Source: Nemertoderma westbladi (taxonomy: Eukaryota; Animalia; Xenacoelomorpha). From it: DNA of 64,000 nt. How positions within the stretch are numbered: position 1 is the stretch's first letter; each line of letters opens with the position of its first letter. Location of the stretch: the NCBI GenBank assembly GCA_032718475.1, contig JAUCBJ010001640.1, forward strand, positions 1 through 64,000, given 5' to 3'. The notes below the pieces were generated by a model that worked only from the letters and a program-made list of their open reading frames with translations, searched no databases and had not been told where the DNA came from. Shown in pieces: positions 25,601 through 37,500 of the stretch. A program made the translations under genes and the position numbers.

Positions 25601-26504
25601 AAGACTAGACTAGTACAGAGTACAGAAACATTAGTACATTGGGTAATGTAGGCCTATTGACATGACAGTGACACTACTATCTCCATACCTCTTACCTATG
25701 AAAGTACCATTGACCTACTGCCCTGAATCTACTGTCTGATAGTACCCACATCTCTCAATATGCCTAACATTGAGTAAAACTGCATCAGGCATTACTGTTT
25801 ACTAATTCACAATAAGTCTACCCTAAACTACTATACTGACATTGTCTACAGACTGTCTGACTGTAGTATTGCAACAATGAACAGGGCAACCATACCCTAC
25901 GCTACTGACATTGTCTACAGACAGTCTGACTGTAGTAATCCAATACTGAACAGGGAAACCACACCATACACTACTGACATTTTATACAGACTGCCTGAAG
26001 TCTGACGGTAGTAATAATCCAACAATGAACACTGCTGGGCCTCTACACTCCTATACTGGTACTGCCTGAATTCATTACATGATTGCCTGAATGGAACAAT
26101 TGTAATACAAATATAATACTTTCAATTTGCCACAATATAGAAGTGGAATATATGAATATATTTATTTTATACATCCGAAAGCACAAAAATGAGCAGAGTG
26201 AGGAAAATAGTGGCTGCCATGCCCAGAACCTAAATATTAAATAACTAAATCGACCAATGCGCTTTGAATAAGCCCAAAGTGAGCTCAAGGGAGTGACTAG
26301 AAGTGCTATAACCTTCATATAGTCTAGCCGATTTACTACCGCCTTATCGCGCCTATCTTTATCAAAATTCAGAGGCTTTGGGGGGGAGCAAGGACTTAAC
26401 CAAATTAAAAAATATTTTGCATGCATAGTTCTTAAGCCCATGTGCCACTTTTTAGCACTAGCCATTCTTTGATTTCCAACTTTTGCAAAATTCGATCCAC
26501 CCTA
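22623..26504 (-). mobile_element. Full-length hAT-superfamily (hATm-type) DNA transposon
   Basis: TAGGGTGGATCGAATTTTGC... termini; first ~61 bp of the TIRs are identical and imperfect inverted similarity extends ~340 bp; ~70-bp subterminal repeats at 25830-26030; encodes a transposase. Confidence 0.9.
23351..25594 (-). CDS. Intact hATm-type DDE transposase (747 aa)
   Basis: YFDGRKD (D1), GSDGTAVNTG (D2), FICQLHLNEL (CxxH), HSRWLT (RW), CHTQAVERIVK (E); no stops; acceptor gtcttttag lies just upstream of the ATG. Confidence 0.92.
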   Translation of the reverse strand: MALLRTQTACPVIRAPADLPTTCLPTHGDVLRYYQYIRKLDTTTGVTKTMPSLDIYKMVAGQLEKLWTRASLPYNSHKRIVDKLLAYHANYIKILKHVDRKQQLAKFRQHADSTLFDITTCKCKDFLTCSCARELRVPEEERSFLLDQRGDRQMMIAGVDVPLTNQIEQRRKRKLSRQLQFVPHQVSPIVNSVTDVDYTSSDDDAESKAPMVEYDPIPSTSWSDVSCRPDSESAVQRSVHQMRHELPTLSRECDRHGVSDRAAASIATAVLQDFGIVHTEDTTSVIDRMKIRREREKQRNIEINTPDTDLYGLYFDGRKDLTLIQEMIGNKYYYRTAKEEHISLLSEPGSAYIGHITPDGGDAVSISVAISKYLLERDIATEKLVAVGSDGTAVNTGHLGGIIRLLEVIYGRPLQWFICQLHLNELPLRHILVHLDGVTSGPKSFTGVIGKSLAFVSLPDLVSFKPIPAPNLPVVPAKVRHDLSDDQRYLYDMCIAIQSGVCSSDLAKKLPGPLSHSRWLTLGCRILRLYVSCKDPHPNLVTLTSYILNAYAPIWFNVKCQWECIFGPKHLLCLIQYTRYLSTDMRDIVDTTIQRNAFFAHEENVLLSMLFDEDKGIQQLALRRILKYRSLEVSSTECVRSFRVPVINFSAVNYYDLIDWTTAKYEPPLTKHIPTDLIRNSLEGTADIDFPFPRFACHTQAVERIVKLVTEVSVAVCGFTRRDGAIRNKLRSYSKMKSFESKKDYTV

Positions 26505-27929
26505 ATGGGCAGATCTATACAAACTCAAGGTTCCCCAGGTTCCATGCAGCATCGAAGAACTATCCACTTTAGTTTATGGCCATGTGGCTGAGTTCAATCA
26601 GCATATAGGGACCCTCACACATGAGCTACAGACCATGCAGCCTGACCCTAGAACAAACCCAGCTGCATATTTCGAGGTTAAGGAAATAGTTTGCAGAATC
26701 AGGCTAGTTTTATCCGCCTTTCGGGAAGTAGCTAGTAGACATCAGGATGCAGAGCTCGCTTCCATAGTCATCAGGCAGTTAGCGGAAGTAGCGATAACTG
26801 CGGGGAAGGCACTTGCACTCAAAAGGCTGCACGGGCCGACCATTCCCCAATGTGTGGACATAGACTGTTCGGGCACCATAGCACAGGGTAACCTAAATAC
26901 CGATTCAGAAGATTCAGGAGAAGGAGAGGGCATTGATGCAATATCCCGATACCTACGGCCCTTTATAGCCATAGTAGGAGAGGCAGAACTGATTAGGAGG
27001 TTAAAGGGTTTAGCCCCCTCTAGCCCCAAATCAATGGCAGTTCTAGAAGACAAATAGAGGCTAAGTGCGATATGCAAGCACAAGCAGAAGAGCATGCGGC
27101 TGATAAGGAAATCTTAGAAATGGTGTTGCGGTTAAACGCAAACCATCTGCGTAATAAAACCGGTAAGCGCGCCGATGAATTACAGCTGGAAGCAGCTAAG
27201 TTACAATTAGAAGCTGCTAAGGAAACAACTAAGTTACAGTTGGAAGCCGAACAGAGGGAAAGCGAGCCCGTGGAAGCTGATATAGCTTTACGAAACCAAA
27301 TAGTGCTAAAAAGATTAGGCAGAAATCAACACAAGGAGAAGTTAGGTTTTAATAAAGGACGAGATAGGCCAAATAAAGGGACTTATGCTTCGTCGGATGA
27401 AGGAAACTCAACCGACGCTAGTGAAAGTGGTGGCAACTCTCGAAGCAGAAGAAAGAGAGCTGTTAGAGTGGCACTGTCGGACCTGCCTCCATATAATAGA
27501 CACAGGATACCCCCAAAGCAGACGGATTTAGATCATCCGAGACTGCTGGATTCGCCCCCCCCCCCCCCCCTGGGTAGGTTACAGGAGGAAGATGAGCCAA
27601 GCGACCCCCGGTTTGAGATCTATATAGATCCACGGGAATGGGAACCACCTCGGTTGGTTGCAGTCCCATTGCATGGTACATCAGCCGAGTCGATCGATCC
27701 AGTAGTAGTCCCACACTTGACTATAACAGCAACCCCCTACCGCAATAGAGATGTTGTACCACCAGTAGGGGCCCCACTTGTAACTAAAGATATACCAAGC
27801 GAAGACCCAATCTCCCACAATAATCCACACATAGCTCGTACAGAGCACCCCAGACATAGCTACCTGTCTTAGTACCTTATCCAGGACAAAGGACGATAGA
27901 ATGTCATTTGGCACTGGAATATACCCAAT

Positions 27930-28276
27930 GGATGTCGGACAATTCGGTCCCGGACAATTCGGTCCCAGACAATTCGGTCCGGACAATTCGATCCCGGACA
28001 ATTCGGTCCCAAAACACTAAATAAATGGGACCGAATTATCCGGGACTGAATTGTTCTAGGACTGAATTGTCCGGGACCGAATTGTCCTTGACCGAATTGT
28101 CCGGTTCCTGATATTTTTTAGCAACTTTTTAGTGCTTTTTTGAAATTGGTAAATGTTCTAGAACATTTGTAGAGATATTTGTTATGGTAGCTAGTGTTAT
28201 TTACTTGTTAGAATTTTTTGAAATTTTAAAAATACTGTATTTTTTTTTATTTTTGTTATTGGTAGTGTTCGAGAAT
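27930..28276 (+). mobile_element. Foldback MITE with 15-bp GGACAATTCGGTCCC repeats, inserted in the LTR remnant
   Basis: Five direct units followed by five inverted units, plus an AT-rich arm; homologous to 15720-16040. Confidence 0.85.
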
Positions 28277-28839
28277 AGGGGATATAGAAGGGGACAGAGA
28301 AAAGGGGATATAAGGGGAGAGGAGCATGAGTTCGAAGCCCAACTCTTGGAAGAGAGGTGGGGGTCGGAGACCTCAGACGAGTTTCGGCTGGAGGACGAAC
28401 TGGGTTGGATGGAAGAAACACCGAGACAGTCAACATCGGGGTTGCAAGGTATGCCCATGCCAGCGGGCTCTGAGGGCGACATTTGGAGGAGGAGACCGAG
28501 GGAGGTAGAAGGGTGGAAGGCTATGGGCGGACACCAGGTTGGAAAGGGATGCAGTGGATCAACCAGGCTACCGGGTTCGGATCTGCTCCCGGCGGGGGAA
28601 GAAGAAGACGAGTTCGGGGTGATGCTGCTGATAGAGAGGATTGCGGCCCCAGCAGGGGAAGAGGGGGAGGACGAGTTCAGGGCGATGCCGCTGATAGCGA
28701 GGATCGGCCACTCAGATACGGACTGGGTGGACGGAAGGGTGGTGACGGCCAGAGGGGCAAGGGCCTTCTGGGACAAACCCGGTAAGCGGGCCTGGGAGCA
28801 TGGGAAGCCGGCAATGGACTTTGCGGTGAGTACGATCAG

Positions 28840-29727
28840 TTGGGCGAGCAACCGGGTATGGCACCATGGGTAGTGTTTGGAGAAACAATGCCGAGGGTGG
28901 AGGAGGACATCAACATGGGTAGGGAGGACAGCATCCAGATGTTCGCCTACGAGCGGCTCCATAGACCCAGGAGGCCACGCGGAGCCAAGGACGACTTGGG
29001 GCGAGACACAATAGTACACGGTTTCGATTACTGTGGGAGATTAACCCATCATCAAAAGAACTGTCTATACCGTTTCCAGAAGGGGACGGCGTGTCTCTAC
29101 TGATGCGAGTCAACCCATAAGATGGGTGTGTGTCCGAGGTTGCACAACAGATGTTCAAAGTGCAAGTTTTGAGGGCACTTTGAGCACCAGTGCGACTGGA
29201 TGGGTGATGAGGAGAAGTTCCAGATCTTCGAGGAGTGGGCTGACGTCGGAGTCATGACACGACAAAGTATGAAGGCCCAGGAGTTCTGGTGGGGCTTCTT
29301 TAGCATTAACGTGGAAGCCCACCAGGATATCACCAAAAGGAAACTACCATTCACGTATCAGGAGGTAGCGACAGCGGCATCGTACGGAGGGGTCATCAAC
29401 ACCCAAAGATACCAAGACAGATGGTCACCAGAAAATAGGATCGAATTCAGGGACTTTCTGGGGGAACACATGCTGCGGTCGATGAAAATGATCTTGTGGG
29501 TCGCTACCAGAGGGAGACAGGAGGGACACTCAGTGGGACCACCTGCGAAGCGATACCGGGAGTTGATAACACCTGCGCCCAAAGAACCAACAACGGGGCT
29601 TGGTAAGACGGTATCGGCGAGGATGAGCAGCCTCAAGGATAAACAGGAAGGAAAGAAACGCCCCAGGCAAGATAACGATAGGGGCAAGGAGCTCAGATGG
29701 CTCCAGAAGACGGGAGGAGCAAATTAG
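28840..29727 (+). pseudogene. Zinc-knuckle-array protein (two in-frame TGA stops)
   Basis: ORFs 28840..29103 and 29200..29727 share a frame: FDYCGRLTHHQKNC...CLY*CESTHKMGVCPRLHNRCSKCKF*GHFEHQC...FEEWADVGVMTR...WWGFF. Confidence 0.65.
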
Positions 29728-30416
29728 AACTCAGGAACAGGGGTATGGGTCTGCCTGGAAGGCACCACATGAACGGAACAGTGCAAACTCCTAATTGCAA
29801 TTAATTAAGTGCAATTAGTATGTACGTACGTAAAATTAATTAATTAATACCCAATATAATCAATGTAAGTACTATAGTCAAATATAACCTTTTCCAACTA
29901 GCTACTGGGATTGGGGACCAATTGACTTGACTAGGAAGACGTGACATTAGACGGATCTCACTGACATCGTGCACACATGCGTGGGACCCGATGAGAGTGT
30001 GGGGAGTGACAATAAAAGGGGTTGAGTATAAGGAAATTAGGGAAGCATGGGGAGAAGGTGCTAGAGCAGAAGAAGTGAAAGAAGTGCGAGATTCAAATGT
30101 GGGGGGGCGAGCATAAACGAGGATGAGTCCCAAGGGACTGGTGAGAGTGGAAGGGACAACAAAGTCCGTGAGGAAAATTGTGTGAGGAGTGAGGGCAATC
30201 ATCTAAAACAGAGACGCCAGATACCTTGGTACAACATAGCTCGCATATGTACCAAGGATGGGTAGTGATAACAGACCCATGGGGTCCGGCCTGGAAAGCC
30301 GACCCCGAGAAGAAAATTCCACCCCACATCCAATATTAGATTGTGTTCCAGCGGAATTGAAGTGCACTTAAGGTTGATGCTATCTTCTCACTGGGAAGAT
30401 AGCATGGGGGGGGGGG

Positions 30417-31020
30417 TGTAAGCGGTTTCAATTCTGTGCACTACCCACCGAAAATGGGATTAGTGGCATTTTACCAATATAGTTGGCGATGTGAGATTAC
30501 CAATAATAATCTCACCTCATAACCAACTGGAGCGACACGCCACAAGCCACAGAGAGAGGTGAGAGGTCAAACCACCTCAGAAGGAGAAACAAGCTAGTAA
30601 GGCTAGCACCAAGGGACAGGGCCAACAGGGAGTGGCGGGGTGACAATTAATCAGGTTAAGCCAATAGTCAGCGGGAAAGCACATTGGGGAGGACAAGAGC
30701 GCATATATTGGATATTAAGGCCGCCCTGTAGAGTAGGCCTAATGTAATATGTGTCAATGATATAGCCGTTGTGATTACTGATTATTAGTTAGTTGATTTC
30801 CTACAGTTGTGAGACCTGAATAGTTTTGACTGTCATCGTTACTGTTTGTATTGCATATTATTATATTCAGACTGCGCTATTATCAATTGCTATGATTATT
30901 AACACTGACAATTAACTCTGTGTTTTTCTACGGCCTTTGGCCTAATATACATCCAGCGCTTGCCCAGTAGCCTACGAACGCGACGACGCGTACAATCTAC
31001 CCCGGTCGGAATCCACCACA
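30417..31020 (+). repeat. Putative 3' LTR (~604 bp)
   Basis: Starts TGTAAG right after a poly-G PPT preceded by an 11-bp hairpin (atgctatcttc/gaagatagcat); ends ...CCACCACA; shares CAGTAGCCTACGAAC with the BEL LTRs. Right end is inferred. Confidence 0.6.
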
Positions 31021-32184
31021 GTCAACTCCAGTGGATTCCGTCACAAATTTCAGAAATTTGTTTTTTATTGCATCTACAGCAACAGCAGAATTTAATGGGG
31101 ATTTTAAATCTGAAGGCGTGGAATATCCGTCTGCCAATCAATCTGTAGAAATATAAGACAGAGAATCGACCGACGGACAGACATCAGCTACCCCGAAAAC
31201 CCCCGTAAATATAATTTTAGCTCGGTGGTGTGCTTTCTTCCTGTCAGACATTATTAACCAACCAGACCCCAAACAGGTAGTTTTGCGCGGGAAGGTTTGA
31301 ACGTTGAAGGAAATTATCTTAGAAGGAGATTTTTTTCTGATTTAAAAAACTACTCCTCCGCCATTTCTTAACTGTTTTTTGAAATGTATTCTTTATATGA
31401 ATGATAATTCCAAAAGCTTAAATAAATTTCGGACAGTTTTTTTGACTTCACAATATTTCCACATTTTTTCAATGAACAATTGGAAAAAACATGGTATTTT
31501 CATTTTATTAAAAATTTTGAAATTATTTTTACAAAATTGTCAGAAATAGAAAATACAAAAAGTGGCCAAAAAATGTGATGAAAATGAACATCCCAATTCC
31601 AAAAAATGTTGTATCGGAAAATAAAAAATGGAAAATAACGGAGGAGTGCTCTTTTAATGTAATTTACAAATCACATGCGCTCCGCTAGGGGGCTCCAAAG
31701 TTTTTTTTCGAACTTGTATTTACTTTTGAGGATTCCCTATTCGAAGCATATATAAATTTAGAAAAAACATATTGGGGATAAGATACCGGTAGTCTATAAA
31801 GTGAAAAATATCTTTATGTGGCAATAATATAGGCCTACATACGTATAATATACACATACAGTAGGTATACGTACTGTAGGTATTTTCTGTTACTTGATTA
31901 GAATTACTTAATAGAGCGTGGCAATAATAATGACTGACTTAGCGGTAAACATGTAACTACTGTATGTAGTACCGGTACAGTACAGTTTATAATCCGTAAT
32001 TACAGTAGACAGGGAACTATTAATAACTTAATAACTTCTGACGTTTTATAATTTACTTATTTTTACACTGCAGACAGAGAGGTGAGATTTAACTGCAGAT
32101 TTAAAAGAAGGGTTGATAAGGCAAAGCTGTCCGATTTTTTATACCGTTAGTACTGTAGTATCCAAAATAATCTAATACAGCGCT

Positions 32185-32415
32185 GGTCCTGTGGGGCGAG
32201 CCACGAAGTGAGTGAGCCTAAGCGTAGGGGTACCATTAATCAACCTGTCGTTCTGTCGCGTTTTTTTTCAGTATTTTATTTTAAACGTCAATAACTCGGC
32301 CAATCCTTGATGAAATCTATCCAAACTTGGAACACATGTTGTTTGGCAAAAGTTTGAAAATTTTCCAAGTAGAATTTGCGTGGGGCCTTCGTGCAGCATC
32401 AGTGTAACTGTTATT
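32185..32415 (+). mobile_element. Helentron/DINE-like (HINE) non-autonomous element; 3' end of a second copy at ~42593-42650 (-)
   Basis: gtggggccttcgtgcagca at ~32380 matches the rc of 42607-42626, where a gggcct..aggccc hairpin follows; HINE-like interior (aataactc...ccaaacttggaacaca). Confidence 0.45.
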
Positions 32416-33206
32416 GCAGTTATAATAAATTTATTTATCCAAATTTAAAATGCGTTAAATTATTATTACTGTAGGATAAATCAGCTGGGTTTCTGACAAA
32501 TTTTGCAATACATTGGGGGTGTCTGCATGTACCATGTGTACCGGTACTGTCAGGCTGTACTCAATCCCTGAATCGAGAATCCTGCAATCAGTCAATACTG
32601 CAATACTGGTCAGCCGGTACCATACACTGCAGACATGCCATATCATGTAATCTAATTAAACATGGCCCTGGCAACCCTTGCGGTGATTATAGTTTAAGCC
32701 TAATAGCCCAGTACCGGCACCGGTAATAATAATATAATAGTTTAGATACTGAGATAGTTACCGCTAATCATTCAGTCATTGGCACGGTACACCGTATTTC
32801 TGTACTGCCGTTGTAGTGCGCACCGTAGGTACCACCCTACTACCGGTACCGGCTGACCGGTGGCAACTAACACTTCAGCACACTTGCACAGCACTGCAGC
32901 AACAGCACTACCGGCGATACACAGGTTGGAATTTATGTAGAGTTTGCTCAACAGTACAGATATAAAATAGTTATCTAAATTATATATTTAACTATTATGA
33001 CAAGTATTGAAATATATACCGTTATTCGTGTTATCAGTATTTGCAACATCTGACATTGAAGAGGTGAGAGAAGATGAATACCGGCACTCAACAAAACCAA
33101 CGCTTATCACAGGTCGGTATGGTTACCTCGAAACCGGCGCGACTGTCCACTCGAATACAACTTCAAAACACAAACGCCAACAATAAACTGAAAGCGAATC
33201 GAACGT

Positions 33207-34567
33207 TGTTAAGACGAACGGCCGCCCAAAGTAGACTCCACGGGGAAATGAGTTTTTTAGCCTGATGTTTATACTATTTAATTATTATTTTTAACGTGAT
33301 TTGCTTTGTGTCCTATCTATTTGGTGTACTATTTTTAGCTTGCAATTTATCCTATGAAATCTATGCGGTGTATTATTTCGGCTTATAATTTATTTATGTC
33401 TTTAATTATTATTTTTAACGTGATTTGCTTTGTGTCCTATCTATTTGGTGTACTATTTTTAGCTTGCAATTTATCCTATGAAATCTATGCGGTGTATTAT
33501 TTCGGCTTATAATTTATTTATGTCTTTAATTATTTACTTAGTGTATTATTTTTCGGCGTACAATCTATAATGTTGATCTATTTGCTGGGTGATTATTTTC
33601 GGCTTAGGGCTTGTTCTGTATGGATTTTGTTGGTGTGCGTACTTGTATATTGGCTGTGACGACATCTATTGGGTTATGATTTTTATTGGTGGGCCGTGAG
33701 TTGATCATTGGGTTTATTTTTAGCTCGGTTATTATTGGTATGTACCTTTAAACCTCGCCTGGGGCGGGCTCGGGTATTGCTTGGGGTGGGCATACTTAGC
33801 TGCTATATTGGATATGTAAACACGATTGGCTTCTGTAAAGTTGTAGGATAATATGTGGCCATTATTGCTTTTGTAAGTTTTGATTGGAGGATTCCTTTCG
33901 GGAGAGGGGGGGTGTATTCAAGGCTTGGCTTTGTGACATTATTGCTTTGAATGTTGTAGCTAATAATAGCCTATGTTAGGATGGTTGAAGTTTGTGTTAC
34001 TCTATTGTTGCAAGGGTCAAACTGATTATAGCTCGTTTGCTTGTCTGCCCGTTGAGGTAATGTGCAGTTTGTTCGGTAATCTGTTAATACCTTTTATATT
34101 GGTTGAGTTTTGGTATATAAACTATAGTTATGGGATTCATTAGTCAGTAGCCTACGAACCCCAGCCAACTGTCATGTCATTTAACTAAATGTTTTTCTTT
34201 TGGTCCCTGCCGGACCGGTAATTTTATTATTATTATTAATGCAATTTTGCGACTAAATTTTTACTGTCTGATTGAAATTAAATAAAAATTAAACCTCTAC
34301 ACTGAACGTATTTAACTATTTTTCTTTATGTTTTCGTCATGGTGAAAACGAATCACGGGCTCGCCGATCTCTAGATCTAGGAAGTTAACCACCCGGACAA
34401 CCCCCCCCCCCCCCCCCCCCTACCCCTCTCGTATAGGCATACTCTTTAAAAAAGGGCAAGCACATACCAGGCTACCGCACTCCCCACACACTCCACGAAC
34501 CTTATAGGGAATCGAAGGCAACCACATGCTGGCCTGGTAGATAGTCTGCACACACCCCCTTTTTACA
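33207..34567 (+). repeat. BEL 5' LTR (1361 bp) with internal ~124-bp duplication
   Basis: TGTTAAGACG...TTTTACA; near-identical to the 3' LTR apart from an extra ~140 bp. Confidence 0.97.
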
Positions 34568-34590
34568 TTCGAACCGGATACTACCGAACT

Positions 34591-37500
34591 ATGGATGACA
34601 CCATCCGTGGGGATTCTGGCAATACGGAACCGGCGATCAACGATACCCAAGACGGGCGCAGTCGAGCATCCTCCCCCACCGGTAGCGCTAAAACCACGGC
34701 GAGTTCGGCGGCACGACTTGCCAAACATGGAGCTCGGATGATCGGCTTCCGAGTTCAAGCCGAACGGGAACGGATCCGTAAGGAACAGTTGAGGGCAATA
34801 AAGGAACGAGGATGGATACATCAGGAACAGGAACGTAAACTGGAAGAATTGAGGATCTCCGAGGAACGTAAACTGGAAGAATTGAGGATCTCCGATGAAC
34901 GCGGGCTGGAAAAACTGATACGAGAGGCTGCTGAGGTGGAATTCGAAGCGCGACTCTGGGAGGAAGAAGCTAAGGAGGACTGCGAGGAAGGACTCTCGGG
35001 CAGGCTTCGGGAGTTCGACGGTGAGTTGGATCCAGGAACTGAGGATGCCAGACCGTCTCACGGTGGCGCGGTCAGGGGTGAAGGGACGGACGGACCTGAA
35101 CCATTCGGGTTCACCGTCTCGCCTCAGGGAAACACGGAACGGTGGGCGGCAACAGATAACCCGGGTGTCATATAGGTACGGGCGGTCATGGGGTCGGAGA
35201 GTGTACCGGTACGTACACAACGTGGCCCCCAGCCAATGGCTTCATCCTCCCCAAGGCCGGAACCGAAATCGGAGGAAGAAGGACGCGAGATTCGGGGCGC
35301 GGCACAACGTCAGGGTGGCGTTGTGGCAACCCCGGTCGTAACGGACTATGGTCGGGGTGCGGTGCAATGTCAGGGTGGCATTGCACAAGTCCCGGTCATA
35401 ACGGGCCATGGCTGGGATGCGGCACGGCGCCACGGTGGTGTTGTGGAAATCCCGGCTGTGTCGGACGACAACAACCTTCGGGCGGATAGGAAACCCTTGG
35501 GTTTATTCGGGAACTCTCAGACTGTGACAGAGGTTAAGCCGAGGGATGTGGGGGCCGCCTACAACCTTCCGCCTATAAAACCTTCGGCTCGATCAATGGA
35601 CGACGGGGCGCCAGAGGATTACGGGCGACTAGACGCCCATGCACAACCCTTTATCCCCAGGGATCGGACTCCCCATTCTTCCGCGGATCCCTGGGTAGGG
35701 TCGGTCGATTCGTGGATTGACGAACTCATCCCCGGAATGGAAACTGTAGTTCGGGGTGGCGAAGGAGCACAGAGTCTGGAGGTGGCGCTAATGCGACTCG
35801 GGGACGAACGGGGCGCGCTGGAGGTGCGGCTGCTGCGGTTCGACGGGAACCCGATTCAGTGGCCGCAGTTCATCGAGCGGTTTTACGAGCTCGTACACCG
35901 TCGTGTACATTATACGGATGCTCATCGCCTCCCGCTGCTTCAAGGGCAACTCGACGGGACGGCCAAGGATACCGTTGCGGGGTACGGTTGCAGCGGTGGA
36001 GCTTACGCCCAGGTGCTCCAGACTCTTAAATGGCAGTTCGCGCATCCATCACTCGTCTCCCGGGTCTTTATAAACTCTATCGCGGAGGGGAAACAGATCC
36101 CCGCGCGGGACAAGGCAGCATTGAGACAGTTCCATACGAATATAACTCTGTGTATTTATACACTACGGGCCATGGGTAATCTCGCGGACATATACTCTGT
36201 GGAAACGCTGCGGCGGGTCTATATGCGACTGCCCGATCACCTGCAATGGAAGTGGCAGCAGCATTGCGTAAATATCAGAGAGGGTTCCGGTCGCGGAACA
36301 CCGGAAGACCCATCGCTGATACACCTGGAGACATGGTTGGGTCGCTGTGTGCGAGCGCTGTTCGAGCCAACCACGACAGACTTAAGCGAGTTTACCAACT
36401 ACAGCTCCGGGATCGGGAAGCCACGGTTCGTAAAGCCGAGAGAAGAAACCTTGGCTAAACGCGCGGTAGCGCTTGTCTCTGGGGACGTGAGGAAGGGGAC
36501 GAGATCGGAGAACCTGAACTCGGTTAGCCATTCGGTATCCTGCCGCTCTATGGACTGTTGCGTCCTCTGTCAGGGGGATCACACAACGAGAAACTGTGAG
36601 AACTTTAAGGGTCTAACGACGAAGCAACAAATGGATAAAGTCCACATACTCGAACTCTGTTTTAAGTGTTTGGAAGCGGGCCATCGGGGCGGCGACTGCC
36701 CGAAGCCGGTACCGTGCGACGCAGGGGGTTGCGAACGGTGGCATCATCCCCTCTTACACATGGCCTTCAACGAACTAAACTCGAGGATCGGCGGTGGGAT
36801 AACGGGAATCGGGAAAGAGAGATCCGGTTACTCGGCGGCTACGGCGGATTGCGACGTGGTATCGGACGACCACGCGACGGGGTGGGAGGAGGACGGCGGT
36901 GTTCTCCTCCCTATTGTACCGTGCCGGCTTTATGGGAAAGGAGGGACGATGGTAGAGGGCGTCGTCATGCTGGATCCGTGTAGCGAACTGACTTTGATTG
37001 TCGACGAGGTCGCGAATAAACTCAGGTTGGGGGGTGAACGGCGCACATTAACGATAGGGAATGTCGAACGGGATGGGCCGCAATGGGAGGCGCGGAAGGT
37101 GGCTTTCGGTATTGGGCCGCGGGATGGGAGCCACAAGGCTGTGGAAGTGGGCGAGGCGTGGACTATCTCCGTTATAAATGTACCGAGGCACCGTATGTCA
37201 TGCGATAACCTCACAACATCGTATCCTCATCTCGTCGGTATACCAATACCGACAGATGTGGATTACTCGCGGGTTATAGCACTCATTGGCGCCAACGTAC
37301 CTGAGATAGTCTGCCCCTTAGAGGTAAAACGGGGGGACCCGGGGCAGCCTTATGCACTACGGACTCTGTGCGGCTGGACGGTATGGGGGCCGGTGGGCGC
37401 TGGTAGAGGGTCGAGGGTTACACGGAAACATTGCGGGGTGATGGGGAAGGCGGGCGATGGGAAATTGGATAAACAGCTCGAGGAGTTTTGGACCACGGAG

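Larger units (their letters stand above)
26505..31020 (+). mobile_element. 3' remnant of an LTR retrotransposon with degenerate non-pol ORFs
   Basis: Purine-rich plus-strand ORFs (26584-27872, 28280-29727) with frameshifts and stops, Cys/His knuckles at 29020-29195, then a hairpin, a G-rich PPT and a TG...CA segment at 30417-31020. Confidence 0.6.

Noticed and set aside
26043-26465. 140-aa ORF in the hATm end
   Set aside because: Lies within the long TIR and has no protein motif.
28201-29019. 272-aa minus-strand ORF and other antisense ORFs within TEs and the LGIC
   Set aside because: Shadow frames of coding sequence on the opposite strand with no recognisable motifs.
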